Of a DNA stretch of 64,000 nt, positions 1 to 11,875 are shown one piece after another. Origin of the DNA: Welwitschia mirabilis (Eukaryota); the NCBI GenBank assembly GCA_051453625.1, contig JBOZIK010000001.1:36961156-37025155 (forward strand). The letters are read 5' to 3'. Position 1 is the stretch's first letter. Each line of letters starts with the position of its first letter. A program made the translations under genes and the position numbers. The notes below the pieces were generated by a model that made no database searches, was not told the origin of the DNA, and saw only the letters and a list, made by a program, of their open reading frames with translations.

Positions 1-465
1 AAATGAGTTATCTACTTAGCATCTAGTTTAACTGTCTGTGAACTACATGCAAACTATCATTGACCATTTCTGGAGATGTCATCCACAAGTATCGTCTGGA
101 CGATGAGGTGGACAATGATGTCTGATAAGAAGGTCTTCAGTTCAACTACAAGTTATCTTGAAAGGAATCTATCATATGCTCAATTAGGGTGGTCGTCCTA
201 CATGTTATGTGGACGACTGAGGGGACGACAATCTTCTTTTCATCCTTTGTCAGTCTAATACCTTGTTGTTTGCAGGAATAATTATCTGAGAATACAATTT
301 ATCCATATCTACATGAAATACTTGTGAATTATTTGATAAACTGCATGTTTTTTTCTTGTGCTCCTGAATTCTTGATTTTCATAGGAACTAGGCATTTATC
401 TATTATTTTATCTGCAAAATAACTCAAAATACCCTATTAAATACATCTAAGTTGGGGTCGCAACA
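1..465 (-). repeat. Partial LTR of a gypsy-like family (related to LTR at 59157-60333)
   Basis: Minus-strand start TGTTGCGACCCC at 465; shares blocks such as 'actcaaaatacc..attaaat' and 'gaggggacga' with 60050-60333. Confidence 0.55.
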
Positions 466-2859
466 CCCATAGAGGTCCCTCAAAATACTCCATCACTAAA
501 GTAAAATACGTGAAGAATACATGTTAATATTTCTACAAATCTGGTAAGTCTATAGAAGATTACTAGTCCAAGATTCCAAATCATAACCAAAATGATAAAG
601 CAAGTGCATCAATAAAGGTTTATGAGCATAAAGACATAGTTAATAGTTTAAGAGATAAACCTTACTCAAACCCTTATCTTGGTAAAGAAGCATTGATGGC
701 CTTCCCCTCATTCCAGGCACTTCTACCTAAAAATGGGGTATACAATGAAATATTAAATAAACACATGGATAAGGTTGGATATAAAATCTCAATATAACAC
801 TAAAGTGTAATCGTTAATTGGATAAAGTAAAATGATATTAACATACTAGCATAATTTCCCATGTGAATGCCCCACTTTTCGAGGCATGCTGGGGGCGGGT
901 TGATTTCAAATTAAAACATATGCAAGTAAAATTAATAAAGAGGTTCTTATTATTATTGCACTATATTTTAAACAAACAAAAGCAAAAAGCCACAGTAAAC
1001 CACTCATAGGGAACAAAGATATCAAATAAGTAAAACCAAATTTGTTATGCAAATGCTAAAATAAAATATGCCTTGAACACTGTTAAGATTTATGCTACAT
1101 AACTCTTATGCTCAATTATTTTAGAGCATTAATGTCTTAATTATGTAATTTAATAAATAATTTAGTGTTAAGATTTTTTTACTAAAATTAATATAATAGA
1201 GCATTCTGAGTAGCATGAATCAGCTAACGTAACCTCCACTTGTCTCAACATGTATGGGTTTTTTCACTTCACTTTTCATTAACTCAACAATGATGCTAGT
1301 TTAATTGTTATTCATTTCTTATTTTTTACACATTTTTATTGAGTTGTACTAATTTAACTCTGATTACCAGCATTTGAATAACTAGCATAGTGCCATTTCA
1401 TGATGACTGTCAAGTAGGAATTTGTACTATCTTGCCTAATATATAGCTTTAAAGTTGTCAACATGGTTTTCAAAACAACATCAAAGCATGCCCAAGGTGG
1501 ATGAATTCCAAATGTAACCTTTATGCCCTGTGTCAATCAAGAAAGTTGTGTTAATAGAACTAGTGAATAAACAATGAGCTAGATAGCTTTTGTTCATATA
1601 TTGACAATTTTCAATGCATTCTATATACATAATGTATCAGGCAAACACAAAAGAAGCATAATAAAGAGCATAATTCCAAATATAACTAGTCAAAAATGCT
1701 AAGATAAAACATCCAATACACATATTTGGGTTTTTGCACTTATAGAGATGCAACCCCATACATATTGCTACAATCTAATTCTTATTTAGCAACATGAAAT
1801 GATCTTGTTAAATGGTTGTCTCCCTTGCCAATTAGCACAAGCAAACATGCAACATGGATAATTCTGCAAATCAAGCTATTGAAATAATCATTGCTTGCAT
1901 ATTAATACTATATACTCACCACCTCATTAATACACTATTAAATCTTTCTTACTTAAAGAAATTCAAATTTTAGATAGACAAGGTTAATTAGCTTTTTAAA
2001 CTTTGCTATTAGTAAAAGTTAAATTACAATTGATGCTTATTATACAAACAAACAATAATAATGAGATTAGAGTTATCTGTATATATTAACTAAATAAAAA
2101 ATGCAGCTTGTAATCCCATTAGGATTCTTAATACCAAACTTGTATATGACACAGAGATCTAATATATTTCTCAATGGAACAAGACTATCTATCACTAAGA
2201 AATAAGTAAATTCTAGCATAGATATGCAATTCAAACATTAGAAAAGAGCACGGATAAAACCAAGAAACCACAAAATGTTCCTTATCTTAGGAAGGATACA
2301 AGCTACACTATGTCTTTTGTTATGCATCTTAAATTGTTTTGGTGTTGCCTTTTGCTTGGATTTCTCAACTTTAAAAAAATCCCATGCACCCATGCCTTGC
2401 ATTCTTGGAAATGTCCAAAATATCTATGTTGATGTTGATTCCAAGCCTAGATAACTACATGAGAAAGATTAGACTTTAGTGAAATTGTGTCTCTCATATT
2501 ATAGCAATTATGGGATTGTCCACTGTGAAACCATGGGGTGAAACATAGCCTGATTACTAAATAACTAAACAACGGTGTCTAGTAAATTACCTATAGATAA
2601 GATGCAACAATCCTTGATGGTCAATATAAATTAGTAAAAAGACATGCAAGGATTTCAACACTATATAAGATATGAGTAAATCAAAGGTTACTGAACATAA
2701 TGAAGAAAATAAATACATATTTACAAAACCAAATAAAAATATGAGAAATATGGTAAATGCCAGATGCACCTCTCTACAATAAGAAACAAAGAGACAAGGA
2801 TATAAATGAAGATGAACTAATGCAAAGTGATCACTTTTTAAACTAGCACAAGGTAAACA

Positions 2860-4350
2860 CATTTTGAAGGTGGTTGATGTATTGGTACGGAGTTAAATGG
2901 CCATGTAAAATGGGAGATGCAATCTTCAAGCATTGAGGCATATGGAATCTTATAAGAGAAAATGTCTGACTTAGGACTAAAGACAAGTACCTTGTAGATT
3001 TCACAGATAATAAATTTTTCATATTCTTTGCAAGGAAAAATTAAAAAACAAGAATTATGAGATAATTCAAATGAGTCTTTAGGCATCAAGAATTAAATGG
3101 TTTAAGAAGAAGTAAAGGAATGTGGTGTGCCTGAAAGGGCTAAGACTAACATTGTGCAAATGAACATTTTTTTAAAGAATTGAAACAGAAACAATAAATG
3201 CTAAATAATGGATCCATCTAGTTGATTTTTTAAAATAATAAATCACAAACAATACATGACTCTTTATAGGCTGGTGAGGAATACATGCATTCAAGTTCAA
3301 AGGTACTATCCCCAAACTAGTCAACATTATCTCTTCCAAGTATGAAGGTTGATATTCTAGAGTTTTTGAAAATTTGCAGTAAAATCATTTCTTTAGGTAG
3401 GGACCAAATCAGTAAGATGGAACCAGTTTAAAAAGCATGAACCCAATAACATAGGAGGGACTAAAAAGGCCTCAGTAAGAATGAAGAAAAAAAAGCCTTA
3501 TATTTAGATAGGATAACTAGAAATATTAAAATAATGAAATAGGTACATTGCATTTTAATTAGGAATGGTAATGAAAAGATTTAAGAAGACTACATGTGAC
3601 TTTTATACACTTAGGAAATCCAGCATGCAATAGAGGCCTAAGAAATGCAGAGCAGATTTTATGAGAAGGCATATAACTTGGCAATATTTACAATGAAGGA
3701 AAAGTACCATGTATAAGAACAGATTGTGGAGATATGAATAAGTATATATAGTGGTTACTTTGAATTGCGTCCATGTGCTTTTGAATTGATAACAAATAAA
3801 CAAACATCAAACCATCTAAGATACTAGTATTATATGACATTTACTAACAAGATAATAAAACGAGAAGAATAGATCGAAGATGAATGAATAAGCATAAAAG
3901 ATTCTTAGATGATACAAAACAATATTCTTTAGGATCATTAATGTCATAAATGGGGATATCAAATAGGACTCCATTGCAAAACTAGTTGGAATAATAAAGT
4001 AAAAAGCTATTATTAAAGTTTTCCCCTCAAATTAGACTCAAGCATATATCTACCAAAAACAACTATGCCACTAAACTCATGGATAAAGAACTCATATGGG
4101 AAAGTTGTATATGCTAAGATTGTTTCATTTTAACCAAAAAAAGAGGGTAGTGCTTGAAGCAGATTTATTTATTTTTAAATAAGCCAGTTAATCCTAAAAG
4201 AAATACACTGATGGGGATATCAAAGATGGTTTGGTCATAAGAAATGGAAAGATTAGAGAAAATGCTTATAAGAAGACTTGCATTACTCATGTTCACAGGA
4301 ATGAAAATGGCTAACAAAATCAAGCACTCACTAGGAGGTGATGAAATGAA
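2860..4350 (+). pseudogene. Highly decayed LINE (L1)-like remnant: ORF1-like and RNase H-like traces
   Basis: Stop-riddled frames give GIWNL..YLVDFTDNKFFIFF and WIHL (DUF4283-like), then KRVVLEAD and THVHRNEN (plant LINE RNase H-like); weak similarity only. Confidence 0.3.
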
Positions 4351-7129
4351 ACGTACAAAAAGAAGTAGCATAGTAGATGAAGTGTATTACCTACACTATT
4401 AGTACTAAATAACATATAACAGACAATATTTAATCAGTATAGAATAATCATCTAAGCATGCCTTGAAAAATGAAGTGTGTTACCTACATTATTATATCCT
4501 CTTTGTGATCAGCAGGTGTTTAAATACAAATTTAGTTACAACAATTTCTTAGATTTCTAAAAGAATTTTCCAATACATTTGCAAAAGGGTGTGTTCTAGT
4601 ATGAAGGAAAATATATTATTGGTTCTTGAGTTGCATCCTTGAAAGTTTACTTCTAGTAATCCAAACAACTTAATGAAATTACTTATAAGATAAAAAGATT
4701 TATCAAAAATTATTTTAGTAATGATGATACATGAAGAGATTTGAAATAATTCAATAGATTAAATATAATTCAAATTGCCAAATTTATTGAATGAAAAAGC
4801 ATGAACAACATTGGATTTTGAAAGTGATTTTTAAATCAAAAAGATTTTATTGGATGAAGAAACATCAACGCTTGGTAGATTTCAGAAAAATATTATGCAT
4901 TTGGACAAATGAATTCTTTATCTCAAACAAGAATTCAAAGATTAAGTATACTTCAAGAAACATAGTAATTGTAAAAGGTTTTGGAAGTTCCATTATTTCA
5001 AAGAAATGACCTCAAAGCATTCCAACCGCTTTTGATATTTTTGGTGTCTCAACACACATCTGTAATGTTTACATCTACATCTTTCTCTATTTGATCTACT
5101 AATGCTACAAACTTACTCATCCTTGTAGTTGCTTCTACATTCTTTTCTGCATGCAATGCAACTTTTAAATCTTCCTCAAGCTTTCTAGTAGGTTCATTTA
5201 TATTTCTTGATGTGCTTTCCACATCTTCACTAAATTTAAAACATTTTATGAAACTTTTCTCATGCATGAAGCACATGGTTAAATGCTTCACCCTAATCCA
5301 CTTTTCTAGGCTCCGATCCTTTACATTCAACATTGCTTATGACCCACCTAATCTTCTTTGCTATAGTTACTCCCATTTAGATTAATGTACACTACTAAAG
5401 CTGATAGCATAGATTCTTACTACTTACCACACTTATCTCATTAGGCAATATAAACTTCTTACATTGATGTTAGCCCTCTTGTTTTATTTTTCTTGGTTAC
5501 ATTTATCATCCCTTTATCTATGCATTCATTTTTCATTCATGTGGTCTTTTGGCATGGACACATGCCACCAACATCCACATTGCCACCCAGCCATTTTTCA
5601 AGAGAGAAATAGATGCTACAATACATGCCGGCATCACCTCCCTTCCTCTTGCCAGCTATTATGCATGCCACCCACCTAGCAGCTTTCCTACTCTTGTAGC
5701 CTATCAGATGCAACTCAGCCTACCACACATCAACCTTCATAGTTTACCAGGTAATACCTGTATATTTAACTACCTTAGAGGGTCTTTGAGTAATTCATCA
5801 TGAATTGTATGAGATATTGACTACAGGATAATAAGTAATGTAAAAACAGAGGAGGAAACAACAGGAGGAAAATTCAAACGAATTAAAAAGGAGGATGAAA
5901 CAATAAAGGCTATGAATCGTAAAGTAGAGAATAGAGGAGGAAGAAAGTAGCATGGCATGTATCCAGGAGAGGTTAGTAAATTAAAGAGGGAAGCATTAAA
6001 GTAGATGTAAAAAGGTCTCTAAGATTTTCTAAGATTTCAATGCAAAGTCCCTTTCCTTTCTTGTTTGAGTTGCTCTTCATACCAGCCAATGTGATCTGAC
6101 TTATCCTTAGCATTAAGCTCTATGTCTTCCTTAGGATCTGCAATGTCTTTGACTAAAGATTCCAGTTACTTTAGAGTATATACTCTATGATTTCTAAATT
6201 TTTCATTATCTCGAGTAGTTGCATTTATGACTTTAATTTTGATAGGCATCTTCACATGGTTTTAAGGAAATTGAGAGGTAAGCAGAAGAGAGTTTAAAGA
6301 TTTGTGAGGTTCAAATCTGAGAATAAAGGCAAATTGCTCTTCAAACCCTATGACTCTTTGGTTTTCTTTCGGAAGTAGCTTCAAACATTGAAGGCTGCAA
6401 TGCTTTCTCAAATCAGTATGGTAGGGTTGACTATAATGGAGTAAAATCTAGCCTTGAATGTCACAAAAATAGGCTTCCCATCTATGTATACAACCACAGT
6501 TTGATCCGTGTTAATAAAACCTTGGAATGCAAAAAAATAAAAGGAAATTTAATTTTGAAAGATTTTTTTATAACCCTAAGAATTTCATTATTTCGATCTA
6601 GAAGCCTAGGTTTGTCATTATTCTTGGTTAAGTAGGGGTGCTTATTGATTAGACTATTTTGGCTCTTTCTTCTTACATAAAACTTGGTAATTATATTATT
6701 AATGGTGGGAATAAGTGGTATGAGAATACAGAATGACGTGCTTTTAAGAACGAACATAAAAATGACACATAATTAAACATAGAAAAAAAGGTTAAAAATG
6801 ACATTTAAATGCAAAAATAAGAATAATTTGTATCAAACACAAAATAATTAGTAATGGTGATAGAAGTGAGATGAAGTGAGATAATCATCTACAAAAGGCA
6901 CAAATAAAGGTAAGAAAGGGAAAGAAAGGAAATGAATAGTAGATCATTTACCAAGGAATGTCTAGCGGAGCTACCTCTAATAAAATAATCTTAAGTTATA
7001 ATCACAATGGGGGATAAAATGTATAGCAGTAGAATGGATTCATACTAGGCGAGGAGAAAGGTGAAATCATTGCAATGACCAAATCATGCAATCTGATGAA
7101 AGGTGCAAACAGGGTGGCAGTTCTCAAAA

Positions 7130-7346
7130 AAATGTGATTCTTATAATTTTAGCATCATTTTTGTGTTGTTTTAAACATATATTTTGTGGCATTTAGTTTT
7201 TAAACGCCTTAAAACAAACGCATACACATCTCACTTTTAAGGGGTTTTTTTTTAACAAATGCCTTATAACAATTGTAAAGAGACCTTTCAAGGTGTTTAT
7301 TTAAGCCTTCTATTCAAGGCATTTATTGCCTATATTTCTTATAGTA
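7130..7346. mobile_element. Terminus of a CACTA (En/Spm)-like DNA transposon
   Basis: TTTCTTATAGTA (7335-7346) resembles the reverse complement of CACTACAAGAAA with two transitions; direct and inverted subterminal motifs (aaacgcctt, aaatgcctt, aaggcattt, aaggtgttt); copia C pol is cut here. Confidence 0.55.
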
Positions 7347-7630
7347 TTTTCTTATTTCTTGAATAATTCTTGTCATTGGTTTAAGACTAGTATCATCAAT
7401 TTACACATTTATTGATTCTTCTATTAATAGGATTCATTGTTTAAAGACTCTATAAGATCTACTTCTAGTAGAATATCCAAGAAAACTTACTTCATCTACT
7501 TTAGATTCAAATTTACTTAACTGTTTTCTATCCTTTATAATGAAACATTTACTTCTAAAGACTTTAAAATAAGATACATTTGGTTTTCTTCCTTTCCAAA
7601 GCTCATACAGAGTCTTATTTATACTTGGTT
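7347..7630 (-). pseudogene. Element C integrase, C-terminal part
   Basis: INKTLYELWKGRKPNVSYFKVFRSKCFIIKDRKQLSKFESKVDEVSFLGYSTRSRSYRVF; continues the frame interrupted at 17833 (AEAVSTTCYII). Confidence 0.9.
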
Positions 7631-7635
7631 GAAGG

Positions 7636-9138
7636 TGTTAGATTATGTTTTGCTAATTGATATCAAACTAATGTTTTCTATGTAGAAAATTTTGTGTATC
7701 TTGTGCAGAAGATGTTAATCACTTGCAGATCTAAAGATAAAGCCAAAACCATTGAATTCTGAGCACTAGAAACCTATCAAGTTCATTTACCCTCTTAAGG
7801 GATTGACTGGACTTTTAAGGGGTTGATTGCACCTGAAGCAGACACTTGAAAATTGAATTAAATTTAAAGGGATCGACTGAATTTTTAATGGGGTCAAGTG
7901 GAACTATAACCTCGAGAGCTAGTATCCCTGAACTGAATGGTAAGGGGTCGATTGGACATTTATGGGATTAACTAGATTTGTGGACCTGGTAATAATATCC
8001 CTAAACTGAATGACAAGGGGTTGACTGGACCTATGATGGGGTCGACCAGATCTGTGAACCTATGAATAGTATTCTTGAATTGATTATCAAGGGGTTGACT
8101 AGACCATTAAAGGGGCCGACCAGACCTGAGCATTGTGTAGCTGATACTCCTAAGATAATCATTATGGAGTCGACCGGACCTAATACAGGAAATTGGAAAG
8201 ATATTTATCAAGAGTAATAGGTAACTAGATTTAATGATAGGTGACTGGATAGGGGTTAACTAGACCTAGATGGGGTTGACTAAAGATGGATCCATAAGAA
8301 ATTAGAGTGACCAAAAATTTCACTTGGGTAACCTGTGTAGGTCACGACACCAAATGGGGTCAACCGAACTTTTGAGAGGTCAACTGGACAGAATAGAACT
8401 AAAATTTTCTATCCATTTTGTATCGATTATGTATCCATTAGATAGTTGTTTTCTAGTCGTTTATAATCATTGGAAGTATGGAAGTACATTTTTGAATGTA
8501 ATAAACCCTAAAAGCCTTTCAATATAAATAGCTAAGAGATAGATGACTAAAGAACATTTTTGAACTGATAAATTAGTATTGTAATCTTGTAATATCCACT
8601 ATTGAATCTTGGCATTTGTACTCCTAACCAAGGAAGATCTATTGTCTATTTTATCTCTACATTCAAGGTTAGAATCTAGTGCTTTATCTGTTGTACATCT
8701 ATAGGAGAAGCGCTTTATCAAATTTACTATATCAAGGATGAGTGATATTTATGCATCAAGGCATTCTTACCATCATTAATACATCCTCTGAAGGTTGAGA
8801 CTGAGCCTGCAAAAGTTCATTTGTAAAAGTTACAGATAAACTTGCAATATCTAAAAGAGTTAACAAAGATCCAGATCAAGCTTGGGGATAAGTTGATCAT
8901 TGAGAGTAGAATAGGAGTTTTCCTAAACTACTATAAAACCCTGTGTGCATATCTATTTGCTATTTTATGCCTTCTGTCAGTTTGATTACTTTGAATATGT
9001 TTAGTTTTTCTTCATATGCACAATTTTATTAGCAAATTATTTTGACCAATATTTTAATATATAGTAAATTGTTAGTTTATCTTATTTTAATTTTTAAAGA
9101 ACCTATTCACCTCTCCTCTAGGGTTCTCGATCCTTTCA
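7636..9138 (+). repeat. A1 5' LTR
   Basis: TGTTAGATTATG...ATTCACCTCTCCTCTAGGGTTCTCGATCCTTTCA; TATAAATAG at ~8523; many GGGGTCGAC-like motifs; collinear with 16314-17827. Confidence 0.92.
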
Positions 9139-9156
9139 TTTTGTATCATAGCAAGG
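9139..9156 (+). promoter_or_regulatory. A1 primer-binding site (initiator tRNA-Met type, degenerate)
   Basis: TTTTGTATCATAGC resembles TTTGGTATCAGAGC directly after the LTR end. Confidence 0.8.
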
Positions 9157-9204
9157 TCAAGTCTTTTCTTAGATTTTAGCTGATCTATACTTTAGAACCC
9201 TACA

Positions 9205-11775
9205 ATGAGTATTTCCTTTATTGACTTTTTAAATATGCCCTTCCTAGACACCTGTACTTTTATTTGTATATTTTGGATAGCATGTGGATATATTTTCAAA
9301 TAGATTGCAAATAGTGAAAATACAAAGGAATCAAGTGAAAATGATAAAATAATAGCTTAAAAATCTGACAAAGAAAGGCGACTTTCCTTCATGGCACTTG
9401 TGCCTCCTTTATAAAATGTGTCCAATACATTAGAGCATGATGACTTTGATGTGATTGATGAAGAATAGGATGAGCTAAAAGATACTTGTCAAGATCTATA
9501 CCAATAATGTAAAAAGATAGCTATAAGAATAAATGATCTAAACAAGATTGTAAAATCTCTTATCAAGGAAAAGGAGAAAATGGAATCAAGTTTCAAAAGA
9601 ATTAAATCAAAAAAATTCAACCTCACTCTAGAGGTAAAAGAGTTATTTTATTTTGTTAATAAATTTTTTGGTGGATCTTCTACATTGGAATAGATGTTTG
9701 GAGTTTATAAATTTATTCATGACAAGCCAGGTATTGGGTTCATCTTTCAAAATCTTAAAGGAAGAAAAATCAGATAACATGGGACAGTTTACTTGTTATT
9801 TTTGTGGAAAAATTGGTCATTCAAAAATTTTGTGAAATGCTATAGAATTAGTATTATTTTATGGATAAAAGATAATTATCTTAAAAGTCTTTTAATTCAG
9901 ACAACTTTCAAGGTTTTAAATAGCACTGGGTGGTATCTATATAATGAGTGTTCAAGGCATATGACAAGAGACAAATCCAGATTCAAGAAATTAGACAAAT
10001 TTAATGGAGGAGAAGTGAATTTTGATGACAATGGGAGAGCAAAATTAGAAGGCATTGGAATCATTAGTGTAGGTAACCTTCTTAGAATTAATGAAGTTTT
10101 GTATGTAAATGTTTTAAAGCATAATTTATTGAGCATCAGTAAAATTTATGACAAAGGTTACAAGGTAGTATTTGATAAATTAAAATGTCAAATTTTGAAT
10201 GGAAAATATAATGATGTAATTCTTAGAGCAAGTAGAATAGATAATGTATATAGCATAGGTCAATTTTTTCTCCATGTTATTTTTCAAATGTTCCTCAAGA
10301 AAAGCTTTAGCATAAATGATTAGGTCATGTTAATTATGATTAGTTAAAAATAATTATTTATAAAAACATTATGAAAGGTATCCCTAAGATAAATGTAGAA
10401 AAACAAGGCTTGTGTGATGCTTGTTAAAAGGAAAAACAAATTAGGACTTCATATAAAAGTAAAAATCAAACTTCCACATCTATGCCATTAGAGCTTATTG
10501 ATATGGATCTAGTACGCCTCACTCAAACTCAAAGTCTAAGTGAAAACCATTATTTTCTAACTATGGTTGACGATTTCTCTAGATATACTTGGGTAGACTT
10601 CTTGTCAAACAAGTCTAAAGTATGTAAACATTAGATTAAGATATGCAAAAAGATTTAAAAAGAAAAGGGATATACCATAAAGAAACTAAAAAGTAATCAT
10701 GGTGGTGAATTTGAGAATCATTTTTTTGAGAAATATTGCACTAAAAATGGAATTGACCATTAATTTTTAGCCTCAAAAATACCACAATAAAATGGTATAA
10801 ATGAAATAAAGAATAGAGTCCTCCAATAAATAACACAAACTATGCTAAATGATAAGGATGCTATTAAATCTTTTTGGGCTAAGGCAGATAGCACAGCATG
10901 CTACATTATTAACAAAGTATATCTTAGGCCTGGTACAAATAAAATTTCATATGAGTTATGAAAAGAAAGACAACCAAATGTATCATATTTTGAAGTCTTC
11001 AGAAGTAAATGCTATGTGATAACATATAGAAAATACTTGAGCAAATTTGGTCTAAAGCAGATGAGGCTATCTTTTTAGGTTACTCAACTAGAAATAGAGC
11101 CTACCTTATTTTCAACAAGAGAAGTTGAATGGTAGAAGAGTCAATAAATATGAAAATTAATGAGATTCACACAAGACCAAACTGCATAGATGAAGAGGAA
11201 GTTATAACTACAAGTATCCCGACAACCAATGAAGGTACTACTAAAAGTAATGAAGTTCTAGCAAAAGAAGGCATACTGAAAAAGTCCAATTTACTTAAAG
11301 ATCATCCTTTAGAATCTATTATTAAAGAAGTTAATTTAAAAATAAAGACAAGAGGATCTATGAAAAATTTGTGTTCTCACATTTCTTATGTTTCAAAAAT
11401 AGAACTCAAGAAATTTGAAGAAGCTGAAATTCATGAGGTATGAATGATGGGAATGCAAGATGAGTTATCATAGTTTACAAGAAATGATGTTTAGAAGCTA
11501 GTAGAAAGGAAAAGGATAAAAATGTCATTGGAACTAAGTGTATTTTTAAAAATAAATGTGATGAAGAAAATAATGTCATTAAAAACAAGGCAAGATTACT
11601 AGCACAAGTCTATAATCAAATAGAAGGCATTGATGTAGATGATGCTTTTACTCTTGTTATAAGGCTAGATAGCATTAAAATGTTTTTATCTTTTGCAGCC
11701 TTTAAAAATTTCAAAGTTTATCAAATGGATGTGAAGAGTGCTTTTCTAAATGGTACTTTAAATGAAGAAGTCTAT
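9205..11775 (+). pseudogene. Copia gag C-terminal remnant plus protease, integrase and RT start (decayed)
   Basis: CYFCGKIGH knuckle, WYLYNECSRHMT protease, HNLLSISK, integrase motifs, [12 protein letters not shown]; many stops and frameshifts. Confidence 0.9.
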
Positions 11776-11875
11776 NNNNNNNNNNNNNNNNNNNNNNNNN
11801 NNNNNNNNNNNNNNNNNNNNNNNNNNNNNNNNNNNNNNNNNNNNNNNNNNNNNNNNNNNNNNNNNNNNNNNNNNN

